Shown here one piece after another: positions 26,867 through 35,803 of a stretch of DNA of 64,000 nt. Source of the stretch: a virus; the IMG/VR virus record IMGVR_UViG_3300037068_000078, positions 1 to 64,000 of that record, one strand, 5' to 3'. Under the pieces are notes generated by a model. It saw nothing but the letters and a program-made list of their open reading frames with translations. It searched no databases and had not been told where the DNA came from. A program made the translations under genes and the position numbers. How positions within the stretch are numbered: position 1 is the first letter of the stretch; each line of letters starts with the position of its first letter.

Positions 26867-29788
26867 GTGACGACATTCGTAGACAGCGCGAAGGGCTCAA
26901 CGACGATCACAGCGCCGACGCACGCCGTCGGTGACTTGATCCTCGTCTGTGCGACCCGCAATGCCAGTGCTACTGCACCGGGTCTCGCGACTGGTTATAC
27001 GAATATTGGAACGACGACTGGCAACACGAACGCGATGCGTGTTGCCTACAGGATCGCGACGACGACGAGCGACTCTGGTGGTACGTGGTCCAACGCCACT
27101 GAACTCGTTCTACAGATCTACCGACCGACAAGTGGCAATCAGGCGGCCATCGGCGCGAATGCTGGTCTCTCTGGTTCCTCGACGACGCTGACGTACAGTG
27201 CACTCACGCTGCAGGATACTTCAGGCGCTTCCTGGGTCGCCGCTTTCGGTCAGTCAAAGACATCCGGTGTTGGTCTCTCCTCGATGCCCTCTGGTCTCAC
27301 GCAGAGACAGGATGAGGTGGGCACTGGCGAGCTAGTTGGTGGTGATACCAATGGTGGCGTGAGCAGCTGGTCTGCACACACGGACACGATCACGACTTCC
27401 GTGTGGAAGGCGTTTGCCATTGAGATCAAGGATGTTACTCCACCGGGGGGTGATGCGTGGAGCAACGTGCCGTGCTTCGGCGGGTTCACGTTCACGAACA
27501 GCTTCAAGACCGCGACCGGTCTCAATAACAACGACGCTTGCGTCTCGGTCACTAACCATACCTCGGGAAAGCAATACTTCGAGACCACGGCGATTGGTGG
27601 CGTGCACGACGGTGGTGACCACTTCGGCCTGCGAGACGACATCGGCGCTTCAGCTAACCACTGCAACTGGACGTCGGACGGCACAGTCGATGACAGCTTC
27701 GGAGGCGTGCTTGGCACCATCCAAGTGTGGAACAGCGGCGATACGCTCGGCTTCGCCATTGACATCGACCATAGTCTTATCTGGTTCAAGAACATCACCC
27801 AGTCCAGCAACTGGAACAACTCAGGCACGGCCAATCCAGCGACGGGCGTCGGTGGGTTCACGTTCTCGATTAACGTGAGCGCGGGTGGCTGGATCGTCTT
27901 CTGGTCCACGAACGATAACGGAGCAACGCTCAACACTGGCACCAGCACGTTCGCTGGTTCCGTTCCCAGCGGCTTCTCTGCATGGTTCAGTGGTAGCGGT
28001 CCCGTCACCAATCCAGTGAGTCTCTCCATCACTGCATCTGCTACTGTATCAGCAATCAAGAGCGCGGCGCGGAAGCTCGCCGTTACTTCGGCCTCCACAA
28101 TATCAAACTTGAAAAGCGTGGGGAAACCACTAGCCTTCTCGTCTGCGAGTGCGGTCAGCTCCACCTTGATGAAGCTGAAGAACGTGCTCGTCTCGTTCAC
28201 CAGTGGATCGACACTGACGCTGGTCAATCAAACTGGCAAGAATATCATCGTGCCAGCTGGGTCTATCCTTAGCCAACAGAAAGTAGTGGGCAAGGTCTTG
28301 GCCGTGTCTGCTAGCAGCGTACTCACACTGCTGAAGCAGATGAGCAGAGCATTCAGCTTTGTCTCCACGAGCGCGATCTCGGTGTTGAAGCTATGGCCCA
28401 AGACGCTATCGTTTTCCTCTTCTTCGCTCGTCACCAGGGCGAACAGCGTCAGCAAGCTGCTGCAGGTGGCCGCACCCGGTGCTGTCTCACTAGTGAAGCA
28501 GATCAGCAAGCCGCTTGCGATCACTTCTGCCAGCATCGCGTCTATCATTGCCATCAAGGCAAGGAGTGTTCTGCTCGCCATCACTAGTTCCTCGACTGTC
28601 ACAGTCTCAAAGAACGTGGTGAAGCAGCTATCCATCGCATCTGCGGGTATTGTTGCAGTCGTGCGCGCGGTGACGAAGACGCTCTCTTTCAATGCGACGT
28701 CTGCTGTCTCAGTGCTGCGGCAGTTGGGCAAGATACTGCCGATCCTCTCAGCCAGCATTGTCTCAGTGCTCGCCATCAAGGCTCGGTCAGTTGTGCTCGC
28801 CATCACTGCCGCCTCGACTGTCAGTGTTACGAAGAGTGTGGCGAAACCGCTCGCCATTGTATCTGCGAGCGTCGTCGCAGTCGTGCGAAGCTTCGGCAAG
28901 GTGCTCCTCGCCACGTCTTCAGCTATTAGCCTAGTGCTGCTGAAGCAGGTCAGCAAGTCGTTCTCGGTCACGGGAGCTAGCACGGTCTCGATCATAGCGA
29001 TCAAGGCCAAGACAGTTTTCCTGGCGATCACCAGTGCATCATCCATCACCTTGTCGAAGGCCATAACCAAGCCGCTCCTCATCGGTGTGCTCAGTGCTAC
29101 GACTCTGTTGAAGCAAGTCAATAAGCCACTGTCTTTCACCTCTGCCAGCGTGGTCAGCGCCACGGCGGGGCGGCTATTCATTCGCGTGCTCAACGTGGTG
29201 AGCGCATCGGCTGTCAGCGTGAAGCGTGGGTACACAAAGACACTGCAGGTTGTTTCTGGCTCAAGTCTGAGCATGTCGAGGGCCATCAGCAAGATCCTGC
29301 AGATAGAGTCTATCAGCAGACTCATAATCAGCATAGCGTCCTCGGTCAGGTCGTCGGCTGGCGCACCTCGCCGCGTACTGGGCAGGATCACTCGCTACTT
29401 CGTGACGGGCAGTCTGGAAATCCAACGCATAACTGGAAGCATCAACATGGACCAACACGAACCGCTGGACTTCCTCTGCAACACGGACTGGCAGCTGGGC
29501 GGGCCACTTACCGATGGGCTCGGCAACGTGCTGAGCCTTGCCGGTGCCACGCTCACGTGGAAGCTGGACAGTCTCGATGGGGGTACCAACTTCATCACGC
29601 TCACGGGTAGCCCGGCCATAGCTATCACCGACAATGCAACGTCGACCGTGCTGGTGGACGTGCCGACAGCTGAGACTGGGCCACTGCCTCCCGGTACATA
29701 TCGCGACTATCTCTATGTCACCACGTCCGGCGGAGCCTTCCTGCCACTGTGGTCAGGGCTCATTCGAGCGAAAGCAGCACCAGCGTAA
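26867..29788 (+). CDS. Large fibre protein: lectin/SPRY-like N-terminal domains, 18-aa repeat shaft, BppU-like C-terminus
   Basis: SGKQYFE and GDTLGFAID.D...IWF (SPRY-like); periodic shaft; C-terminal LPPGTY domain. Confidence 0.75.
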   Translation: MTTFVDSAKGSTTITAPTHAVGDLILVCATRNASATAPGLATGYTNIGTTTGNTNAMRVAYRIATTTSDSGGTWSNATELVLQIYRPTSGNQAAIGANAGLSGSSTTLTYSALTLQDTSGASWVAAFGQSKTSGVGLSSMPSGLTQRQDEVGTGELVGGDTNGGVSSWSAHTDTITTSVWKAFAIEIKDVTPPGGDAWSNVPCFGGFTFTNSFKTATGLNNNDACVSVTNHTSGKQYFETTAIGGVHDGGDHFGLRDDIGASANHCNWTSDGTVDDSFGGVLGTIQVWNSGDTLGFAIDIDHSLIWFKNITQSSNWNNSGTANPATGVGGFTFSINVSAGGWIVFWSTNDNGATLNTGTSTFAGSVPSGFSAWFSGSGPVTNPVSLSITASATVSAIKSAARKLAVTSASTISNLKSVGKPLAFSSASAVSSTLMKLKNVLVSFTSGSTLTLVNQTGKNIIVPAGSILSQQKVVGKVLAVSASSVLTLLKQMSRAFSFVSTSAISVLKLWPKTLSFSSSSLVTRANSVSKLLQVAAPGAVSLVKQISKPLAITSASIASIIAIKARSVLLAITSSSTVTVSKNVVKQLSIASAGIVAVVRAVTKTLSFNATSAVSVLRQLGKILPILSASIVSVLAIKARSVVLAITAASTVSVTKSVAKPLAIVSASVVAVVRSFGKVLLATSSAISLVLLKQVSKSFSVTGASTVSIIAIKAKTVFLAITSASSITLSKAITKPLLIGVLSATTLLKQVNKPLSFTSASVVSATAGRLFIRVLNVVSASAVSVKRGYTKTLQVVSGSSLSMSRAISKILQIESISRLIISIASSVRSSAGAPRRVLGRITRYFVTGSLEIQRITGSINMDQHEPLDFLCNTDWQLGGPLTDGLGNVLSLAGATLTWKLDSLDGGTNFITLTGSPAIAITDNATSTVLVDVPTAETGPLPPGTYRDYLYVTTSGGAFLPLWSGLIRAKAAPA
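28001..29340 (+). repeat. About 24 degenerate 18-20 aa protein repeats
   Basis: Units such as KPLAITSASIASIIAIKARS / VLLAITSSSTVTVSKNVV / KQLSIASAGIVAVVRAVT / KTLSFNATSAVSVLRQLG. Confidence 0.8.
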
Positions 29789-29852
29789 TTTGTCCCCTCC
29801 GGGCAGATGGCGACTCGGGCTGCTTTTCCTCTCAGTCCGTGCGTCCAAACTT

Positions 29853-29882
29853 GGTGGGGGCTTCGGCCCCCATCCTTTCTTT
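29853..29882 (+). terminator. Intrinsic terminator with a UUCG loop
   Basis: GGTGGGGGC-TTCG-GCCCCCATC followed by CTTTCTTT. Confidence 0.65.
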
Positions 29883-29896
29883 AACAGGAGAAGCAA

Positions 29897-30772
29897 ATGC
29901 GGAGTTCACAGGAGGCGGTTGACTACTGCGTCCGACAGGAGGTCACTTCTCCTGCGTACTACACCAAGCACTATCAAAATCCAGAGTGGCCGGGCGCGAG
30001 CAGCGGCATCACCGTGGCGTGTGGCTACGACCTTGGCTACGCCTCGCCGGAGAAGATCCGCCGCGACTGGTCAGGTCTTGTCAGCGCCGAGATGCTCGAC
30101 GTCATGCTGCACTGCTCGGGCGTCAAGGGGCAGGAGGCGAAGGCGCTGCTGCCGCAGGTGCGCAGCAAGATCTCCATTCCGTGGGCAGCTGCCGTGCAGG
30201 TGTTCATGGACAGCGACTGGCCCCAGTGGGAGTCCACGGTGGCGCACGCGATACCCAACACCGAGCGGCTCACTCCCACGTGCTACGGCGTGCTGACAGC
30301 GACCGCATACAATCGCGGCGCGGCTGGCTTCAACTCCAATGCTGCGCGCTTCACCGAGATGCACAACATTCGCAACGAGGTGGACCAGGGCGATCTTCCA
30401 CCCGTGGCGGGGCAGTTCCTCAGCATGCGTCGGCTGTGGCCCACGCTCAAGGGCCTGCAGGACAGGTACACCGAGGCGGCCTCGCTCTGGAACAAGGGGC
30501 TAACGCAGCCCACTCCGATCGTGGTGGCTCCCCCCGTTCCTCACGACGGTGAGCACCCGCTCAATGCAGGACCTGCGCGTACCAAGCCACCTGCAACTAC
30601 CAACGCGCAGAACGGCGCAACGACGGCCGTCGTCGTGGCAACCGGGGGGATGGCGAAGAAGGCTGCAGAGAGCGGAATGCCGCTGTGGCAGGTAGCGTTG
30701 ATGGTCGTGGCAGGGCTCGTGGTGGCCGGGACCATCTGGTATGCGTGGTACAGAAACCGTAACCCGAAATAG
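29897..30772 (+). CDS. Endolysin (T4-lysozyme/pesticin-like muramidase) with a C-terminal TM helix
   Basis: E...YY......WPGASSGIT...GYDLG, YNRG, GL..R..EA.L; C-terminal hydrophobic helix plus RNR. Confidence 0.8.
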   Translation: MRSSQEAVDYCVRQEVTSPAYYTKHYQNPEWPGASSGITVACGYDLGYASPEKIRRDWSGLVSAEMLDVMLHCSGVKGQEAKALLPQVRSKISIPWAAAVQVFMDSDWPQWESTVAHAIPNTERLTPTCYGVLTATAYNRGAAGFNSNAARFTEMHNIRNEVDQGDLPPVAGQFLSMRRLWPTLKGLQDRYTEAASLWNKGLTQPTPIVVAPPVPHDGEHPLNAGPARTKPPATTNAQNGATTAVVVATGGMAKKAAESGMPLWQVALMVVAGLVVAGTIWYAWYRNRNPK

Positions 30773-30787
30773 AGGACTCAGCATCAC

Positions 30788-31159
30788 ATGATGGTCTTAT
30801 TCTTTTGGCTGCTCAATGCAGCCACCGTTATCGTTGTCTATCTCTACTGGATCCGCCCACTGTTGTTGAAGAACGCCAAGTTCTCGGCGCTGGTCAACAG
30901 CTGGGAGGGCTCTTACTTCTCGGCATTCAGCGCCAAGTTCGCTGGCATCAAGCAGAAGCTCACCGCTGCGCTCGTGTATTTAGCGGGCATGGTTGTCATG
31001 ATGCACGACTGGATCGCGCCGTACGTCACCGGCGTCGACGTGACACCGATCATCGGTGAGATCCAGGCGAAGATGCCCTCGTGGGGTTGGCCGGTGCTTC
31101 TTGTGGCGATCACCGCGCTGCTCGACTACTTCCGCAGTCTAGCGGACAAGCGAGCGTAA
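30788..31159 (+). CDS. Membrane protein (holin-like)
   Basis: Three hydrophobic segments, after the lysin. Confidence 0.6.
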   Translation: MMVLFFWLLNAATVIVVYLYWIRPLLLKNAKFSALVNSWEGSYFSAFSAKFAGIKQKLTAALVYLAGMVVMMHDWIAPYVTGVDVTPIIGEIQAKMPSWGWPVLLVAITALLDYFRSLADKRA

Positions 31160-31160
31160 T

Positions 31161-31550
31161 ATGTGGGAAGCGATCATCGGCTTTCTGGGAGGCCCTGTCG
31201 TCAAGGGTCTCCTCGCTGCGTACAACGCCAAGTTGAAGGCGGCGACCGACGACAAGACGATTGCCAGCGGCCTAGCCGCTGATCAGATCGCGGCAGAGAC
31301 TGCCTCGGGCGAGATGGCGATGAAGCTCAAGGTGGCACAGATCGGCCATCCATTCGAGCCCGAGAAGCTGGCGTTCTACGTCGTGCTGATCTACTTCGCC
31401 AAGTGTCTTTTGTGGGACAAGGTGCTGGGGCTTGGCAGCACGGACCCGGTTACGGGAGCCGTCGGCGTGTGGGCAAATCTGGTCATGTCCTTCTACTTCG
31501 GCAAGCGCACGATTGAGAACGTAACCACCATCGTCAAAGCGTTCAGGTAG
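31161..31550 (+). CDS. Holin-like membrane protein
   Basis: TM segments and C-terminal FYFG.R..E motif. Confidence 0.6.
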   Translation: MWEAIIGFLGGPVVKGLLAAYNAKLKAATDDKTIASGLAADQIAAETASGEMAMKLKVAQIGHPFEPEKLAFYVVLIYFAKCLLWDKVLGLGSTDPVTGAVGVWANLVMSFYFGKRTIENVTTIVKAFR

Positions 31551-31573
31551 ATTTTTCCGGGGCCTCACTCACG

Positions 31574-31582
31574 TGGTACAAT
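31574..31582 (+). promoter_or_regulatory. Extended -10 element (TGGTACAAT) upstream of the ParA-like gene
   Basis: TGn plus TACAAT in the intergenic gap. Confidence 0.45.
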
Positions 31583-31608
31583 TGAACAAACACACAGGGG
31601 AATGAAAG

Positions 31609-32277
31609 ATGAAGCCAAGAGTTATCGTCGTCGGCGCTGATAAGGGTGGCGTTGGCAAGACTACCGTCTCGCGCGTCATGCTCGACTACTTCACGAACGC
31701 GCACCTGCAGCCGCGCGCCTTCGACACGGAGAAGAAGGAAACGGGCGTGCTCAAGCGCTTTCATCCAAGCATCACGGAGATCGTTGACTTCTCCAAGGTC
31801 GATGGGCAGATGCGCGTGTTGGACTCGCTCAAGACGTCACCGCTCACGCTCATCGACTGTAGGGCCAACTTGCTGTTGGACTCGTTGGATACGCTCGCCA
31901 ACATCGGCTTCCTCGACAAGGTGAAGAATGGTGAGATCACCATCCAGACATTCCACGTGCTGGATGGATCCGTGGCCGCGCTCGACGAGGTGGCGGACGC
32001 CGCAAAGATCCTCAATAACGAGGGCTACTACGTTGTGCGCAACCACATCAATGACCGTGCCTTCTTCAGCTGGAGCGAGACGCGCTCCAAGATTGCTGGC
32101 ACCGTGGTTGACGTGCCCAAGCTCGATGAGCGCGCCAGCGAGGCGGTGGACGACATGGGCGTCTCGTTCGAGGAGTTCATTTCCAAGACGGATAGCGACG
32201 TGCTGCGCGGCTACGTGAAGCACTGGAAGCAGAAGGTCTACGCCGTGTTCGACGGCATCGGTCTCAGTAAACAGTAG
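31609..32277 (+). CDS. ParA/MinD-superfamily ATPase
   Basis: Deviant Walker A GADKGGVGKTT, FDTE, TLIDC.A. Confidence 0.8.
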   Translation: MKPRVIVVGADKGGVGKTTVSRVMLDYFTNAHLQPRAFDTEKKETGVLKRFHPSITEIVDFSKVDGQMRVLDSLKTSPLTLIDCRANLLLDSLDTLANIGFLDKVKNGEITIQTFHVLDGSVAALDEVADAAKILNNEGYYVVRNHINDRAFFSWSETRSKIAGTVVDVPKLDERASEAVDDMGVSFEEFISKTDSDVLRGYVKHWKQKVYAVFDGIGLSKQ

Positions 32278-32287
32278 GGAGGAACGC

Positions 32288-32836
32288 ATGCCACCACTCA
32301 TTCGGGATATGGCTCGAGAGCTCGACGTGGAGGCCCAAGAGATCATGGTGCTATTCAGCACCATGGTGAGAGAGTTCCAGGGTGTGAAACACCTGTTGGA
32401 ACGTGTAGAGGCCAATCAGGCCGCAATGATGGAGAAGATTAACATGGTTGATGCGAACGTTCAGAAAGTCGTCGACGACGCAAATGCAATCAAGGCACAG
32501 ATGGATACGGTCGTGGCGAAGCTTGGTGCCAATGCTGCCACCATCGCTGACTTGCAAGCGAAGCTCGACGCTGCCAACGCGACGATCGCGGCTGGTGGCA
32601 CCATCTCGGCGGACGACGTTGCTGCCCTGCAGGGCGTAGCGGCGACGCTGGAGGCGGGTACGTCCGAGGCGCAAGCTGCTGCGGCACCCGCTGCGGCGGC
32701 GGCCCCTGGGGTCGCTGCGGCTGCTGCGGTCGGCGCTGCTGCCGATCCCACTGCCACGGCTGCGGCTGCGGCGGCGGCTACGACCGACGCGTCGGCTGGC
32801 GCGGCTGGTGGCGCTGCACCCACCAGCGGCAGCTGA
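32288..32836 (+). CDS. Coiled-coil, Ala-rich protein
   Basis: SD GGAGGA; heptad pattern and poly-Ala tail. Confidence 0.65.
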   Translation: MPPLIRDMARELDVEAQEIMVLFSTMVREFQGVKHLLERVEANQAAMMEKINMVDANVQKVVDDANAIKAQMDTVVAKLGANAATIADLQAKLDAANATIAAGGTISADDVAALQGVAATLEAGTSEAQAAAAPAAAAAPGVAAAAAVGAAADPTATAAAAAAATTDASAGAAGGAAPTSGS

Positions 32837-32893
32837 CCTCCTGGGGTCGCGCTGCGATCCCTAGGGCGAAGGTTGTGGGGGTAAGATAGTATG

Positions 32894-32918
32894 GCCGGGG
32901 CGAGAGCCCCGGCTTTTT
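32894..32918. terminator. Intrinsic terminator at the convergence of the late operon and the minus-strand operon
   Basis: GCCGGGGC-GAGA-GCCCCGGC-TTTTT. Confidence 0.8.
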
Positions 32919-33099
32919 ATTGCCTGGAGGCGAAGCGCCGTACGCAGCTGGGGCAGCTGTGCAGCCACTCTCCTTTTATCTGGTGCGTGCGCCAGCCCTT
33001 GCGCTTGGCAACGGCGAGCGCCGTGCGAAAGTCCTCCTCGTCAGTGTCGAGGTAGTCGGGACACTCGTCGCACTGAAACATGCCGCGATCGAAGCTCAT
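32917..33099 (-). CDS. Small Zn-finger protein
   Basis: CDEC...A..KGW...CPSC. Confidence 0.7.
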   Translation of the reverse strand: MSFDRGMFQCDECPDYLDTDEEDFRTALAVAKRKGWRTHQIKGEWLHSCPSCVRRFASRQ

Positions 33100-33263
33100 C
33101 GTCTGAATGTCCTTAGCTGCACGTCAATGAGTGTCTTAAACGCATCGCGCCGTATTTCATCTAGTTCTTTGTTTGGTCCGTACTTGCTGGTGGCGTCATC
33201 CATCTCACGGATAACGCGACCAAGCCGGGTCACTGCCTCCATGAACACACCGTGGGAAATCAT
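33096..33263 (-). CDS. 55-aa hypothetical protein
   Basis: ATGA overlaps with both neighbours; MISHGVFMEAVTRLG... Confidence 0.55.
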   Translation of the reverse strand: MISHGVFMEAVTRLGRVIREMDDATSKYGPNKELDEIRRDAFKTLIDVQLRTFRR

Positions 33264-34813
33264 ATTAGCCACTTTCTAAACTCCTCTTGGTTCATTAACG
33301 TCGCTAGGTCAAGCTTCTTGCGCAGGCTGCGCACCACATCCCAATCAATAGTGTTCTCTGTCAAAAGATCGACGTAGGTCACGGGCCGGTGCTGGCCCTT
33401 GCGCCACGTGCGGCGCTCGCTTTGGTCGCGCTGCTCAAGGTCGTAGTTGTTAGCATAGTAGATCACCAGCGCGGGCTTCACCCACGTGTTGCCGCGCATG
33501 CCCGCGCCCTGCGTCGCGCACATGTACAGGCAGTCTGGATCGTTGATGAAGCGACGCTCCTCGGCGCTGCGCGTGTTGACGTTGCCACCGTGCCACTGTG
33601 CCACGGCCTGCGGGCCAAACTGCTTCTTCAATCGGTCGATGATCTTGAACAGCGGCGGCTTCCACGGGCACCATATCACCGCCTTCTCGCTGGGGTTGTC
33701 CTGCAGCACTTCGAGCAGAACGTCCGTGCGCTTCTCAGGTATCTCCCGGAACTTTCCCTCGTCGTCCACCACGTAGCCGCAGTTCACCTGAATGCGCCGC
33801 GTGATCATCTTGATGACCATGTCCACGGTGACGAAGCCGTCGCCCACCTGCGCATGGCCGAAGGACTTCAGATCACTCAGCACGCGCTTCTGCTCGGGCA
33901 GCAGCGGCACGTCGCGCGGCACGTACACCTTCTCTGGCAGGTCCAGGCAGTCCTCGGCGCGCACGCGGTAGCTGTACTGCGCGACCTTGGCCTGTAGCTC
34001 ATCGAGGTTCTTGAACGCGACGATCTGCTTTATGGTGCGCGAGTTTTGCTTTCCCGCTGCGTCCTTGCCGGGCAGGTAGATCTTCTGCGGCTTGATGACT
34101 GCGTATCTGTATTTGAAGGCCCACTCGTTAGACGCGCGCAAAATGCGCTCGTCCAGGAACAAGCACTGCGAGTAGACGTCCATCGGTGAGTTGGGAGACC
34201 ACAGCCCTGAGAGTATGCGCTTGGCGTGAGACTGCGCGCCCAAGTTGACGAGGAAGCGCGTGCGGTCTGCACTACCGTTCTTGATGACGGTGCTCTCGTC
34301 GATGGCAACCATCGCCCCGCGCTGCTGCACGAACTCCCACGCTAGATCCTGCGCGGCCTTCACGGATGAGAGCGCCTCTACGTTGATTGTGATGACGCGC
34401 TGGCGCTTGGGGTCCTTGCACCCTAGCAGCGCCTCGGTGCGCCGCTTCAGCGGGCCGGTCGTGGACTTGCCACTTATCCACGGCACCTGCAGCATCCGCT
34501 TGTACAAGCCGGGGTCCAGGTGCTTGCGGTACTCGCACCAGTTCTCCTCGTCGTCGCCCTTGTCCAGCCACCAGTTGCGATACGAGCCTGCAGGCGCAAC
34601 GATCAGCAGATCTGGCGTCCCCCCGTTCATCGACTGGCTCGCCCAGTCCGCCAGCAACGCAGCTGACTTGCCAGTGCCCATGTCCATGAGATACGCGAAG
34701 ACGTCCTCTGGCACAGGAACGGGGGGAGCGTTACGGCTGGCGGTGATGGCGGCTAGCTGGTGGGACATCAAGGGCAGGCGCGGCTTGTAACCGTCCAGAA
34801 CGTCGGTGGGCAT
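33260..34813 (-). CDS. SNF2-family helicase
   Basis: DMGTGKS, IDES..IKN, LSG..SPN, QSERR.WRKGQ. SD AGGAGG supports a start at 34813. Confidence 0.9.
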   Translation of the reverse strand: MPTDVLDGYKPRLPLMSHQLAAITASRNAPPVPVPEDVFAYLMDMGTGKSAALLADWASQSMNGGTPDLLIVAPAGSYRNWWLDKGDDEENWCEYRKHLDPGLYKRMLQVPWISGKSTTGPLKRRTEALLGCKDPKRQRVITINVEALSSVKAAQDLAWEFVQQRGAMVAIDESTVIKNGSADRTRFLVNLGAQSHAKRILSGLWSPNSPMDVYSQCLFLDERILRASNEWAFKYRYAVIKPQKIYLPGKDAAGKQNSRTIKQIVAFKNLDELQAKVAQYSYRVRAEDCLDLPEKVYVPRDVPLLPEQKRVLSDLKSFGHAQVGDGFVTVDMVIKMITRRIQVNCGYVVDDEGKFREIPEKRTDVLLEVLQDNPSEKAVIWCPWKPPLFKIIDRLKKQFGPQAVAQWHGGNVNTRSAEERRFINDPDCLYMCATQGAGMRGNTWVKPALVIYYANNYDLEQRDQSERRTWRKGQHRPVTYVDLLTENTIDWDVVRSLRKKLDLATLMNQEEFRKWLI

Positions 34814-34850
34814 TTTAGAGAGAACCTCCTGTGTGCATATAAAGTCTACC

Positions 34851-35003
34851 ATGTATTGAAGGCGGATTTTCCAATACGAAATCAATACGTCGATTCGCTA
34901 GGGGGGCCAGTACCTTAGCGCGTGCGTATTGGAATATTGATTATTTCTCCGTGCGGGCGCGCGCACGTACGCACTGGTGCGCCTGCGTAGAAATCCAATA
35001 CAT
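34851..35003. repeat. Cluster of CAATAC/GTATTG hexamers (candidate origin or operator array)
   Basis: Exact copies at 34853(-), 34872(+), 34883(+), 34926(-) and 34996(+), plus a variant at 34934. Confidence 0.6.
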
Positions 35004-35035
35004 TCGGGTTCCGTTAGGGCCGCGCCTGCCCCCCG

Positions 35036-35044
35036 TGCTATGAT
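35036..35044 (+). promoter_or_regulatory. Extended -10 (TGCTATGAT) for the replication operon
   Basis: TGn plus TATGAT in the divergent intergenic region. Confidence 0.45.
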
Positions 35045-35155
35045 TGCCCCCGGCGAGTTCCCTAGCAGCAGCAAAGCACTCTCCAGCGGCCCACGTCACA
35101 CAGCCCCGGTGGCGTGGGCCGTCTACACACCGGGGCAGCACACGGGGCCTACCAC

Positions 35156-35803
35156 ATGAACAAACGAGCGACGCCGGTCCCCAAGCCGGTTAGCGCTGCC
35201 ACGCGAGCGATGCTCGACGAGATGGCAGTGGATAGCAGCAAGCCAGCCAGCGAGGATAAGCTGGAGGCGTGTCGCACCAAGCTGGTCACCCTGCGCGACA
35301 AGCAACGTGAGAAGCAGGATCTCGAGGAGCGCATCAAGGTACTCAACACCGCCATCCTGGAGATCACGCAGCGCGAGCTCGTGGACCTGATGCAGGACGC
35401 GAAGATCGACAAGCTGGGCCTGCCCGCCACGGGCAATTGGCCCGCGTTCGACGTCGAGTTGGACGACTACTACCACGCCGTCATCCCCAAGGAGAACGAG
35501 CAGCTTGCGTACAAGCATCTCGAGAAGGTGGGGATGGAGGATCTCATCAAGACTACGTTCACCATCAGCTTCGGGCTGGGCGAGGGCAAGCGCTGCCAAG
35601 CGTTCCTGAAGAAACTGGAGAAGTTGAAGGAGCCCTTCGACGTGAAGCAGGGCGTGCCGTGGAACTCCTTGACCGCCTACATCAAGGGTGAGTACAAGGC
35701 TGGAAGACCGCTCACCGAGAAGGTGAAGGGACTACTCGGTGCGACGGTCGGTCGCATCGTGAAGGTGAAACCGCAGAAGAAGGACCAGCGGAATGGCAAG
35801 TAA
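35156..35803 (+). CDS. Replication-module hypothetical protein
   Basis: Coiled coil then DLIKT and V.WNSL.AYIK patterns; precedes the SSB-like gene. Confidence 0.7.
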   Translation: MNKRATPVPKPVSAATRAMLDEMAVDSSKPASEDKLEACRTKLVTLRDKQREKQDLEERIKVLNTAILEITQRELVDLMQDAKIDKLGLPATGNWPAFDVELDDYYHAVIPKENEQLAYKHLEKVGMEDLIKTTFTISFGLGEGKRCQAFLKKLEKLKEPFDVKQGVPWNSLTAYIKGEYKAGRPLTEKVKGLLGATVGRIVKVKPQKKDQRNGK

